DNA of 40,645 bases from a virus, in IMG/VR virus record IMGVR_UViG_3300045988_117988; one strand, written 5' to 3'. A model generated the notes under the pieces. The model saw only the letters and a program-made list of their open reading frames with translations. It did not search any database and was not told the origin of the DNA. Below, one piece after another: positions 18,601 through 26,231 of this stretch. The position numbers and the translations under genes were made by a program. Each line of letters begins with the position of its first letter. Within the stretch, counting starts at the first letter, position 1.

Positions 18601-21600
18601 AGCAAACGAAAAGTATAATAATAACAGAGGTGAGATAAATGGAGCAGAAAACGGAAGCCAAGCTCAAGCCGGAGGAAATGCCGGAGTATCAGGACAAGCT
18701 GTCACAGAGCCTGATTCGAGGATGGCGCAAACAGTTTCCGGAATGGACGGACGAGCGGATTATAGAGGAATTGGAAGCCCTGTAAAGGATATCATCCGGC
18801 AGCAGGGCGCGACCCCTGTTGATTTAAGGACGGCATCAGACCCGTCCTCTTTTTATGCCGCAATATCCGAGGCAAAACAAAATAATCCGCATGGCGCGTT
18901 TGTAACGGCGCACGATGTTTCGGAGTATGGCGATATGAAGATGTTCCTGGGCGATGATAACGGTGTCGGCGTAGCGGTGACAAAAGACGGCGACATTGTA
19001 TCTGTATTCAAAAATCCCAATATATCAAAGTCGCGCAAGGCGGTATCCTCCATATTACTTACCGCCATCGACAACGGCGGTGTAAAACTGGATAACTATA
19101 ATGGTGGTCTTTCACAAATGTACCTTAACCACGGCTTTATCCCCGTGGCGCGAACCGCATTTGTAGATGAATACGCTCCATCCGACTGGAACTATGAACG
19201 CGACGGCAGGCCGGACATCATCTTCTGGATGCATAATGGCAATGACGTGGAAACTGTAGCACGGAATATAGGTACTCAGGAAATGCCAGACCTGAAAGCC
19301 TTGCCACTCATGGAGTACGACGAAGCCGCCGCATACCGAGACGGGCTCATAACCAAGAATGCATCGGCTAACTCTACACTCAAAGACCTTGGTGCAAATA
19401 CGCCTACGCCCGCCGAATTGAAACAGTCCAAGGTGTACACCAACACTTATGACAAGTGGCTCACCGATGCTGAAAAGGCAGCTGACAGCGCAGAAAATTC
19501 CGTGTATGCCGTATCTAAGGAATCTGACAGTATCGCCATGGCGAAAGAAAGAGTTCGCGCCTCCATAGACGAAACCGGCGGCATAGACAAGGCTATTTAT
19601 GGACTTGACCATGGCTCATGGGACGCGCCTGACGTTGATACCGCTATGCTTATAGGCGAGATGCTACGGGCAGAGGCGGCAGAAACGGGAGACTATACGA
19701 AGCTTAATGACTGGAAGCAGGAAATCCAGCGGCACATGACAGAAAGCGGCCAGGCCATACAGGCCCTTGCCAAGTGGACGCGGGATAGTGCTGTCGGTGC
19801 GGAAACTGCCCTTGATAAGGCTGTGGCTGACATCAACAAGAAGTACAAGAATCGGATAGACAGCGGCAAGATGTCCGCTATCGAGGTTAACCCGGAGTTG
19901 CTGGCAGAACTCAACGGTACTCAGACCCGAGCAGAACGCGATGCCGTCATGAACAAGATTGCTGCTGACATAGGTTCTAAGATGCCGGCTGGCATATTGG
20001 ATAAAATCAGGGCGTGGCGCTATCTTTCCATGCTGGGCAATCCACGAACAGTTCTCCGCAATCTCATAGGCAACGAGATAATGTCCGATGTTCTTTGGAC
20101 TTCTAAAGATGCTGTTGGCACGGCCCTTGAAAAGGTAATGGGTGTTGAACAGTCTCAGCGAACAAAAGCATTAGCTTTTGGCGACGCTTATAAGGCGAAC
20201 AAGGCGTATGCCGCAACTACCCTTGACGATGCCCGCGCTGCCCTTGAAGACAGTTCAAGGTACGACACCAAGAGCGGCATTGAACGGGCGATAGATGAGA
20301 ATCGGCAGATATTCAAATTTAAGCCTGTTGAGAAGTGGCGTGAGGCTACCGATTGGGCATTAAGTAAGGGCGACACCGTATTCCTCGAAAAGCAGTACAA
20401 GCGTTCCTTTGCGCAGATTATGACAGCACGGGGCTACACTCCTGACACCATGACGGCAAAGCAGCGCTCAGAGTGCATGAACTACGCCATCAACGAAGCG
20501 AAGCGTTCAACCTTCCACGATGCAAATTCTCTTGCTGACGCTATGACGAAGATAGAGAATAAGAACCTTGCTACAAAAATACTTGTAGGCGGCACTGTAC
20601 CGTTTAAGAAGACCCCCTTAAACGTCCTTGCCCGTGGGGTTGAGTTTTCACCCATCGGCTTGATACAAGGCACCGGACAGATGCTCACCGATGTTAAGGC
20701 AGGAAAGATGGACGCTTCGACAGCCATTGATAAAATGTCCTCTGGCCTTGTAGGTTCTTCCCTTATGGCATTGGGCTACTTCCTTGCGAAGTCTGGCGTA
20801 ATAAGCGGTGGCGATAATGACGAAGATAAGTACTACCAAAGCGATCTCGGCAAACAGGAATATGCTCTTAATTTACCCGGCAGCAGCTCCATGACCATTG
20901 ACTGGGCGGCTCCCGCGTCAATCCCCCTGTTTATGGGTGTTGCCCTGCAAGAGTTGATAGATGGCAGCGGCAGCAGCGACGAAGCACAGACCGTTGGCGA
21001 CCACATTGATGCTTTCCTTGGCACTCTCTCATCAATTACAGACCCGCTTGTGGAAATGAGTATGTTGCAGGGCTTACAGGATACGCTTGAAGCCGTGGCC
21101 AATGCGAGGAGCGACGGCAACAGCCTCATAGGCGCGGCTCTTGTCACCGCAGGCAGGGGCTATGCAAGCCAGTTTGTTCCTACCATTGGCGGTCAGATTG
21201 CGAGGACGATAGACCCGGTGCGCCGCGATACCGTAGGCGACCCCACTTCCGAGCTCGGTAAGGATTTGGATAAAGTAACAAATAAAATGCAGGCGAAGAT
21301 ACCCGGCCTTGCCAGTGACTTGCAGCCCTATATTAACGTGTGGGGCGAACAGGAGATAAACGAGCATAGCTGGCCTGTCCGTCTGTTAGAGCAGACCATA
21401 CTGCCCGGCTACCTTGACGAGGTTGATATGACCCCTGTTGATGTGGAGCTGACCCGCCTGTATTCCGTCACGCAGGACCCCTCTGTCGTTCCGTCGAACT
21501 ATCCATATCGCACTCTGAAGAGCGGAGATGAGCGATACGTCCTTACCGCAGACGAGTACACCGAATTCAAGATCGAAAACGGCAGGGCCATGTATGCGGC

Positions 21601-21736
21601 CGCAGAGGACGCTATTAACAGCTCGCAGTATTCCCGCATGAGCGACGATGAAAAAGCATCCTACGTTGCTAAAGCAATCAGGGACGCACAAGATGACATA
21701 CTGAAAAGGTACAAGAAAAAGTACCTCGGCAAATAA
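15605..21736 (+). CDS. Giant (2043 aa) multidomain virion-associated / polyvalent-type protein
   Basis: A single uninterrupted ORF with AAGGAG before the ATG. It has a Gly/Ala-rich hydrophobic region (about aa 520-790) and a coiled coil (about aa 830-950). A GNAT-fold-like segment reads HGAFVTAHDV...DGDIVSVFKN...LLTAIDNGGVKLDNYNGGLSQMYLNHGFIPVAR. A conserved C-terminal module contains WRYLSMLGNPRTVLRNLIGN and VPFKKTPLNVLARGVEFSPIGL. Confidence 0.7.
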   Translation: MAYTKEQMASAAGVIDSGKGVNKKVNVSNESLSAGSYEGAMARREASGGRVGDGRYDKDAYVYRPETNTFYDTEAVQKAKDSFTNWMTAGKGANNKNWGYDMSDPEDVNRYYSGQISKKYEAGYGTDSFSQWLKENGLPQADYFDSKYYKDAYASVLADRVEKQKARDFRNAVVREMWNTASDPMNLTDEDLVAAYDRVRLNNPIYNGIELYNAKDKDTDYGDYDSQILAERAAQEKETKSRAGKLNIDEVWGDIDRLQRAQNTREQWAADKVKAEAETKTNQAQKIIDNAIANNNFSAEIDKRVGLAKDSNLNEYNANKQRKQAASDAAINAMREAGYSNQDIKKSIRNDGRLSYSESTEGKANEAERIKRRDSSDTTTAKILGGMDSFTQGAVDKAKKLGNMGTSAQQGFSPISMMEGYGMSAQETQAVNNYVDTTRAILETQGYNGLEIDNALRRADLGEYIPTATARTNYATYTLQECGMSDEQIQYVLSTYTEDDWKNTDRDMKASDYVENSTVDQLANSIISMPIRAALSIATGAVGLADMATAGIQKRDELWKTTQALQEEAAWWTQYSHDRNHEIISTAADVGSEIMRMYATSLTGSVLAAGATKVLGNAAGTNFLFGFITKNASRMPFVANSIGNYYLEAMNDGATTGQATAYAIPAGLLEGYLESLEMGETLQHAFGTNIVGKKIAASGLSANFKTFAITKGMPFVNFALGTIGEGLEEAASYYGSSIARMATWDKGYEMDFSEMWDNAKGGLLIGGIMNGLSMGAHTQSYKYASEIYKGTGGNYAAYLDSFMSAMHMENMNDVQRQALIDKYNSGEINVSRDAAINAGVEIQTNAEVVSAKKQAVESAENDAAVKVENANNKVTQAEQRLAGIDDPDPVKKGKKIAQASRELTAAKAAASQTASEGQKKVDTATADYKSEAAKAKRKNAANQQLVDEYHASKYCSDIERDTVNAPVGGSAADPAANTNVGANTAQNGIDTIKNGVAQTANEKYNNNRGEINGAENGSQAQAGGNAGVSGQAVTEPDSRMAQTVSGMDGRADYRGIGSPVKDIIRQQGATPVDLRTASDPSSFYAAISEAKQNNPHGAFVTAHDVSEYGDMKMFLGDDNGVGVAVTKDGDIVSVFKNPNISKSRKAVSSILLTAIDNGGVKLDNYNGGLSQMYLNHGFIPVARTAFVDEYAPSDWNYERDGRPDIIFWMHNGNDVETVARNIGTQEMPDLKALPLMEYDEAAAYRDGLITKNASANSTLKDLGANTPTPAELKQSKVYTNTYDKWLTDAEKAADSAENSVYAVSKESDSIAMAKERVRASIDETGGIDKAIYGLDHGSWDAPDVDTAMLIGEMLRAEAAETGDYTKLNDWKQEIQRHMTESGQAIQALAKWTRDSAVGAETALDKAVADINKKYKNRIDSGKMSAIEVNPELLAELNGTQTRAERDAVMNKIAADIGSKMPAGILDKIRAWRYLSMLGNPRTVLRNLIGNEIMSDVLWTSKDAVGTALEKVMGVEQSQRTKALAFGDAYKANKAYAATTLDDARAALEDSSRYDTKSGIERAIDENRQIFKFKPVEKWREATDWALSKGDTVFLEKQYKRSFAQIMTARGYTPDTMTAKQRSECMNYAINEAKRSTFHDANSLADAMTKIENKNLATKILVGGTVPFKKTPLNVLARGVEFSPIGLIQGTGQMLTDVKAGKMDASTAIDKMSSGLVGSSLMALGYFLAKSGVISGGDNDEDKYYQSDLGKQEYALNLPGSSSMTIDWAAPASIPLFMGVALQELIDGSGSSDEAQTVGDHIDAFLGTLSSITDPLVEMSMLQGLQDTLEAVANARSDGNSLIGAALVTAGRGYASQFVPTIGGQIARTIDPVRRDTVGDPTSELGKDLDKVTNKMQAKIPGLASDLQPYINVWGEQEINEHSWPVRLLEQTILPGYLDEVDMTPVDVELTRLYSVTQDPSVVPSNYPYRTLKSGDERYVLTADEYTEFKIENGRAMYAAAEDAINSSQYSRMSDDEKASYVAKAIRDAQDDILKRYKKKYLGK

Positions 21737-21740
21737 CACG

Positions 21741-21769
21741 ATAGCCCCCTTACCGGGGGCTATTTTTTA
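21741..21769. terminator. Bidirectional terminator between the convergent late and early blocks
   Basis: ATAGCCCCC-ttacc-GGGGGCTAT followed by TTTTTT. It overlaps the last codons of the minus-strand gene. Confidence 0.8.
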
Positions 21770-22244
21770 TTGCCTTGTTATACGCCTTGATTTCCAGTGC
21801 TTCTTCAACCACAGTTTCAATTACCCGGTTGCGGTATGTGTAGTATGTCTGCACCCGCTCTATGTGCAGTGCCGCCATTATCTCGTCGCGCACGGCTCCG
21901 GCCCGCGCTTTGCTCACCGGACGGCCAGTCAGGCCGAAACCAAACTCCATGAAATAGGCCAGGCCTTTGTCCTCGTGCGTATATGCGCACCAGACGTTCT
22001 CAATAGCTTTGATCCACAGATCATCTTCCTCATTTATGGCTTTTGCCCTTGCCGTTGCCAGCCTTATGCCGCCAGATTCCGTTTTGCTGGTGCTAACACT
22101 GTGCTTGACCGGGGTGTTATCCCCGCTACCGTATGCGGCGTATACTGCATCGTCCACAATCTCTTGCCTTGTCTTAGCTTCACGCGCCTTGACTTTTTGG
22201 TAGTTATACAGATACCATTCCGCCCTTTTGTGCATTTTGCCCAT
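21750..22244 (-). CDS. RinA/ArpU-like late transcriptional activator (sigma-like)
   Basis: N-terminal AEWYLYNYQKVK and C-terminal ALHIERVQTYYTYRNRVIETVVEEAL. GGGAGG lies 8 nt before the ATG at 22244. It is the last gene of the early block. Confidence 0.65.
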   Translation of the reverse strand: MGKMHKRAEWYLYNYQKVKAREAKTRQEIVDDAVYAAYGSGDNTPVKHSVSTSKTESGGIRLATARAKAINEEDDLWIKAIENVWCAYTHEDKGLAYFMEFGFGLTGRPVSKARAGAVRDEIMAALHIERVQTYYTYRNRVIETVVEEALEIKAYNKAIKNSPR

Positions 22245-22611
22245 TTGAATCGCCTCCCAGCTTTTCACGTGTAGCTGCCGCTACAAAGTCGGTTCGGCTC
22301 AAATAAAGGCCCTCGGTTATCAATCCGTCAATCCGTTCCGCCAACGCTATAGGTATCTTCACCATAGCAGAAGTCGGTTTGCGTTTCTTTTCTGCCGCGT
22401 CTATGCCGAAACATAAACGCAGTATATCAGGCGGGTATATCTTTTCGGCGGGCACATCGTAGTATGTCATAGCCTTGACCAGTTCGCACTTATTTAGCAC
22501 CGCCCGTCCGCTCTCCATCATGCTGTACACGCCCTGGCTCATGTCAAGCGCAGCCGCCGCTTCTGCTTGCGTCCTATTCCCCCGGAGCTTCTTCAGGTTG
22601 TTTTTTATCAT
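22204..22611 (-). CDS. DNA-binding protein: XRE-type HTH + C-terminal ribbon-helix-helix-like segment
   Basis: LKKLRGNRTQAEAAAALDMSQGVYSMMESG, then MVKIPIALAERIDGLITEGLYLSRTDFVAAATREKL. AAGGAGG precedes the ATG. Confidence 0.7.
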   Translation of the reverse strand: MIKNNLKKLRGNRTQAEAAAALDMSQGVYSMMESGRAVLNKCELVKAMTYYDVPAEKIYPPDILRLCFGIDAAEKKRKPTSAMVKIPIALAERIDGLITEGLYLSRTDFVAAATREKLGGDSNGQNAQKGGMVSV

Positions 22612-23014
22612 CGGCTTCCTCCTTATCCATTTTCGCCCCGCAGTTGGGGCAGTAGTTTTCTCCAGTAGGATTGAGCCCTACCGAATAACCGCATACAGAG
22701 CAAGTCCATTCATGGAATGTCCGTCCCCAATCATCGTTTTCTATTTCTGAGTGTATCCACTTCCCATACCGCACCGGCTCCACGTCTGTGCGGGGTTCTG
22801 TGATCTCGAATTCCTCTGCAAGCCAATTAAACACATTATCAAGGCAGTATGAGCCAAACCCAATGTGGCATTCTCCGTCCGCTGGGTTAAAGTACCAGAT
22901 GTTGTAACACGGCTTTTCAGGTATTCCTTCCACGACAATTCTGGCGAATGGTGTTTTTATCTTGTGTTTGCACTCATCCGCACTCGCTGCCTCCCGGCTG
23001 ATGTAGTTACTCAT
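22574..23014 (-). CDS. MSK-family member: xDVxPVxxGxW + C-terminal Cys4 zinc ribbon
   Basis: Starts MSNYISREAA. Contains TDVEPVRYGKWI and CSVCG...CPNCGAKM. GGAGGAA precedes the ATG at 23014. Confidence 0.7.
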   Translation of the reverse strand: MSNYISREAASADECKHKIKTPFARIVVEGIPEKPCYNIWYFNPADGECHIGFGSYCLDNVFNWLAEEFEITEPRTDVEPVRYGKWIHSEIENDDWGRTFHEWTCSVCGYSVGLNPTGENYCPNCGAKMDKEEADDKKQPEEAPGE

Positions 23015-23015
23015 T

Positions 23016-23345
23016 TTATTCCTCCGGTTCACTTGTACTATCGCAAATATTCAGAATCTGTTGGAGCAATTCAATCTGCCCGTTTCTGTGACCATAGCGA
23101 TACCCGGTTGTATACGTTTCGGCCGTGTCTCCACTGTTCTTGTCTTTTTCAGCAACGAGCGCCTGATACTTGGCTCTCAAATCTTCAAGTTCCACAGCCG
23201 GAGCAACATCGGCGGCGGGGATATCCTTCAAGTCGATTTCCTTGATGTACCTGTGCAATACAACTCCGTTCAATTCAGGGTCGTAGTGCTTTACTTCAAT
23301 AACCTTTTCCAGCGCCGCTTCTCGCTCTATGTACTCTTTACTCAT
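23016..23345 (-). CDS. MSK/IPAADV-family member with a helical C-terminal module
   Basis: MSKEYIEREAALEKV...IPAADVAPAVELEDLRAKYQALVAEKDKNSGD... The C-terminal 55 aa are identical to those of 24329-24673. Confidence 0.7.
   Translation of the reverse strand: MSKEYIEREAALEKVIEVKHYDPELNGVVLHRYIKEIDLKDIPAADVAPAVELEDLRAKYQALVAEKDKNSGDTAETYTTGYRYGHRNGQIELLQQILNICDSTSEPEE
23021..23219. repeat. Direct repeat copy A (partner 24343-24541)
   Basis: Constant offset of 1322 bp between the copies. Positions 23056-23219 match 24378-24541 with one mismatch (23106 G vs 24428 A). The preceding 35 nt are about 75 percent identical. Confidence 0.9.
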
Positions 23346-23535
23346 TCTCCGTCCTTTCTGCGTTCAGCCAGTTTTCCAGCATTTTCCGGCATTCGCTGGG
23401 ATACAATTCGCCGAGTATTCTCGCCATTTCTATGCATTCGTCAACCACCGGGCATAGTGAGCAATTTATTCTTTTGACAAGTTTAGCCGCCAGCCATTCA
23501 GCGGATTGCTGTTTTAGGTATTCGTGGTTAGTCAT
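23338..23535 (-). CDS. Hypothetical small Cys-containing protein
   Basis: 65 aa counted from the ATG at 23535, which lies 5 nt after GAGGTGA. Sequence MTNHEYLKQQSAEWLAAKL...CSLCPVVDEC. Confidence 0.55.
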   Translation of the reverse strand: MTNHEYLKQQSAEWLAAKLVKRINCSLCPVVDECIEMARILGELYPSECRKMLENWLNAERTENE

Positions 23536-23568
23536 GCCGCTCACCTCGCTCAATAGCTTCTTCACGTG

Positions 23569-23739
23569 TCATTCCTCATTACCTCTCTCCTCTGCATAGT
23601 TTCGTCTAAATGCCCTATTCATATATCGTTTTGCCCATCTGACCCATTTCTTTGAAACACATATCCAATTTTTCTCATATAACCGCCACTGAACATCGTG
23701 AGACTTGCCAGATATACGTTTATATGAGGATTTACTCAT
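23569..23739 (-). CDS. Small basic protein (56 aa, MSKSSYKR...)
   Basis: The ATG at 23739 sits within the shared ATGAGTAAA junction. The protein is rich in Lys/Arg/Trp. Confidence 0.5.
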   Translation of the reverse strand: MSKSSYKRISGKSHDVQWRLYEKNWICVSKKWVRWAKRYMNRAFRRNYAEERGNEE

Positions 23740-24085
23740 TGTCATTGCCCCTTTTGCTGGTTCCGTCCTCCCTCCGTTCGCCCTGAGCGCAGTAAAACAT
23801 CTCATCAACGTCGTTTTTATCATCGTTAAACCACGGCTGGTCGCAGATGCCCCAATCCGGCGCACTGCCATCAGTCAGCTCCGCTTTGCAAGGGTGATAG
23901 TGTACGCAGTTTTTACATCGTACTACCACGTCGGCGGCAGGAAATTTCATTAACTCTTTTGCCACTACTTGCGCTCCTTTGAGAAACGCTATTGATTCGG
24001 GCGTATTGTCTTTTTGTTTTCTCAATGTGGATAGCGTCTTACAAAGTGCTTCTACAAAAGCATCAACGTTTACATATTTACTCAT
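23732..24085 (-). CDS. MSK/FPAADV-family member with a Cys/His-rich C-terminal module
   Basis: The internal start MSKYVNVDAF at 24085 lies behind AAGGAGGACGGAGA. Contains FPAADVVVRCKNCVHYHPC. Confidence 0.65.
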   Translation of the reverse strand: MSKYVNVDAFVEALCKTLSTLRKQKDNTPESIAFLKGAQVVAKELMKFPAADVVVRCKNCVHYHPCKAELTDGSAPDWGICDQPWFNDDKNDVDEMFYCAQGERREDGTSKRGNDNE

Positions 24086-24336
24086 TCTCCGTCCTCCTTG
24101 TTCATCCTTGCTCCGCAGGTATCGCAGTACGGCGCTCTGTAATCTTCCCATTCATGTTCTTCGCCGCATTCTGAGCAAATCTGTATGCCATCCTCTTCGA
24201 TCCATCGTCCGCGCCGCACCGGGGTAACATCGGCGGCAGGAATTTGCTCGATGTATTGCGTCGGCTCAAGCCCCTTTGCCCATGCGTGTCTTACTGCCAA
24301 TATCGCTTCTTCGCGGCCTATATATTCTTTACTCAT
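24082..24336 (-). CDS. MSK/IPAADV-family member with a Cys4 zinc ribbon
   Basis: MSKEYIGREEA...IPAADVTPVRRGRWIEEDGIQICSECG...YCDTCGARM. GGAGGAG precedes the ATG at 24336. Confidence 0.7.
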   Translation of the reverse strand: MSKEYIGREEAILAVRHAWAKGLEPTQYIEQIPAADVTPVRRGRWIEEDGIQICSECGEEHEWEDYRAPYCDTCGARMNKEDGE

Positions 24337-24673
24337 TTGTCTCCTCCGGCTCGCTTGTACCATCGAAAATGCCTAAAATCTGTTGGAGCAATTCAATCTG
24401 CCCGTTTCTGTGACCATAGCGATACCCAGTTGTATACGTTTCGGCCGTGTCTCCACTGTTCTTGTCTTTTTCAGCAACGAGCGCCTGATACTTGGCTCTC
24501 AAATCTTCAAGTTCCACAGCCGGAGCAACATCGGCGGCGGGAATCCCCTGAACTATTTTAATCATCCTATCCACGAAATCAGTTATAGTGATATATGGCA
24601 TTTTTCTGATTATGAATGCTGCCTCTTTAATCAACGCTTGTTCTGTCATATCGCGATCTATGTATTTACTCAT
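24329..24673 (-). CDS. MSK/IPAADV-family member with a helical C-terminal module (paralog of 23016-23345)
   Basis: MSKYIDRDMTEQ...IPAADVAPAVELEDLRAKYQ... Confidence 0.7.
   Translation of the reverse strand: MSKYIDRDMTEQALIKEAAFIIRKMPYITITDFVDRMIKIVQGIPAADVAPAVELEDLRAKYQALVAEKDKNSGDTAETYTTGYRYGHRNGQIELLQQILGIFDGTSEPEETNE
24343..24541. repeat. Direct repeat copy B
   Basis: See copy A. Confidence 0.9.
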
Positions 24674-25064
24674 TGTTACCGCCTTTCAACATCAGTTCTG
24701 CCAAATCGCAAGCCGCCAGATATGTCTTCTCGTGAATTGTTCCGGCGTGTACTTTTTTAACCCGCTCCTTAAATGCCGCCATATCCGAAAACCAACACCC
24801 GGCGCGGACAAACATATTGCCGTTATCGTCTATGTAAAAATAGGCTTTTCGGTTTTCGCTGCCTATCCTATCCACGGCGACATAGCGGCCATTTTTCACT
24901 GCGCCGTTTTCGTAACTGCACACCTCGCTAAAGTTGCACTCCTCGCCAAAGCTGCACCTCTCGCCAAAGCCTTTTATTGCGGTATAATCCCCAGCAGGGC
25001 ATATCTTGCGACCATACTCATCTACTTCAAAGTTGTCAAAATCCGCTTGCGTGTACTTTTTCAT
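24666..25064 (-). CDS. Hypothetical protein
   Basis: 132 aa. Its stop codon shares the ATGAGTAA junction with the next gene. Confidence 0.6.
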   Translation of the reverse strand: MKKYTQADFDNFEVDEYGRKICPAGDYTAIKGFGERCSFGEECNFSEVCSYENGAVKNGRYVAVDRIGSENRKAYFYIDDNGNMFVRAGCWFSDMAAFKERVKKVHAGTIHEKTYLAACDLAELMLKGGNNE

Positions 25065-25225
25065 TGCTCTTTCCTTTCCCTTATTCTTTCTTCCAACAGC
25101 AGTTTCACCGACTTACAAAGCCACCACACCAGGTTATTTTGCCACATATCCCGGTGGGTTTGCGTCTGTATCATGCCCTGTTCCATTTGTTCCGCGCACT
25201 CTATCATTTGTTCTATACGGGTCAT
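25061..25225 (-). CDS. Small hypothetical protein (54 aa, below the ORF-track cutoff)
   Basis: Hand translation: MTRIEQMIECAEQMEQGMIQTQTHRDMWQNNLVWWLCKSVKLLLEERIRERKEQ. It starts 2 nt after the upstream stop and overlaps the downstream start as ATGA. Confidence 0.45.
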   Translation of the reverse strand: MTRIEQMIECAEQMEQGMIQTQTHRDMWQNNLVWWLCKSVKLLLEERIRERKEQ

Positions 25226-25227
25226 TA

Positions 25228-25503
25228 TTAGATACCCAAACCGCGAGTAATATCTTTAAGTATTTCCTGTGTCCCTGCTGCACAAGTACACATGGCACGC
25301 AATGCGTCTTGCATACAGTCTACAGGTTGTTTAGGATCACTATTTGTTGAGCGTGCCTTGCACAATCCAAATAGTTCTGTGTAAATAGCAATAGCTATAC
25401 CTCTAATAGTAATAAGCTGCTCATTCAAAATACTCATAGTAACCTTTACAGTTTCAGGAGTTTCTGAAACTGGTGAACAATTATCAACACAATCGTTATA
25501 CAT
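25228..25503 (-). CDS. Hypothetical 91-aa protein in an AT-rich islet
   Basis: The ATG at 25503 follows AAAGGAGAA. The composition is clearly more AT-rich than neighbouring genes. Confidence 0.55.
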   Translation of the reverse strand: MYNDCVDNCSPVSETPETVKVTMSILNEQLITIRGIAIAIYTELFGLCKARSTNSDPKQPVDCMQDALRAMCTCAAGTQEILKDITRGLGI

Positions 25504-25507
25504 TTTT

Positions 25508-25966
25508 TTATTCTCCTTTCCAGCACCCCACAACAAGGTTGCTTACGCCCTGTATGGGTAAATCCTTTAGTATCTGCCGCAGTCGGCAGTTATGTTTCGC
25601 GCCGTCACAGGTAAAGCACTCGGTTTTGGTGGCGTACTCTGCAAGATCGGCTAAATCGTCATAGCTCATCACCCAGTAATTCTTGTCCCGCCCCGCTGCG
25701 GATTTAATGCCTATGCGGATTTCGGTTAGGTCGAGTTGTCGCTTGACGGTCAATAGCTGCTCTACAGGCACGGTATCCAGCAGCCTTGTGATAACACTTG
25801 CTATCCTGCTCTGCGCTATGCGGTAGTCCCGCCAGCATCCGGGTACGCGCTGACATAGTCTCTGATATCCTCCGGAAAACTTGTCGAGAATATTATCCAG
25901 CGCGAACAGTGCAGCGAACAATTCCCGCTCTTCAGCAGTCATTCTCTTTCGTTCCGTTGATTGCAT
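25508..25966 (-). CDS. Hypothetical protein (conserved phage early protein type)
   Basis: 152 aa with GGAGGA 8 nt before the ATG. No catalytic motif was recognised. Confidence 0.6.
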   Translation of the reverse strand: MQSTERKRMTAEERELFAALFALDNILDKFSGGYQRLCQRVPGCWRDYRIAQSRIASVITRLLDTVPVEQLLTVKRQLDLTEIRIGIKSAAGRDKNYWVMSYDDLADLAEYATKTECFTCDGAKHNCRLRQILKDLPIQGVSNLVVGCWKGE

Positions 25967-26231
25967 TGATCCGATCCTCCAATCTGTCCATCTTGTCGTG
26001 CGTCCAGTAAGACCAGTCGCCGAAGATTATCTTTAACTGACCAAGCATGATTTCCACGTCGGCACATTCTTCCCTGATGTTGTCCATAGTTTCCCATGGA
26101 ATCTTCATCATACCCAGCCCCTTGCTCAGTGCGACAAGCAATTCGCTCAATTCTTCTACGGCCTTTATCGTCTGATGCATACGACCATAAGTTTTAACGG
26201 CCTTTTCCAATACCTCTACTTTGTACTCCAC
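25932..26231 (-). CDS. MazG-like nucleotide pyrophosphohydrolase
   Basis: 99 aa with the all-helical EE..EL and E..D motifs: AVEELSELLVALSK and REECADVEIMLGQL. GTG start behind AAGGAGG. Confidence 0.7.
   Translation of the reverse strand: MEYKVEVLEKAVKTYGRMHQTIKAVEELSELLVALSKGLGMMKIPWETMDNIREECADVEIMLGQLKIIFGDWSYWTHDKMDRLEDRINAINGTKENDC

Noticed and set aside
15605-21736. Tape-measure protein interpretation of the 2043-aa ORF
   Set aside because: No major tail, tail-chaperone frameshift pair, distal tail or Tal genes flank it, and it is the last late gene with enzyme-like domains. The interpretation is not fully excluded without a homology search or morphology.
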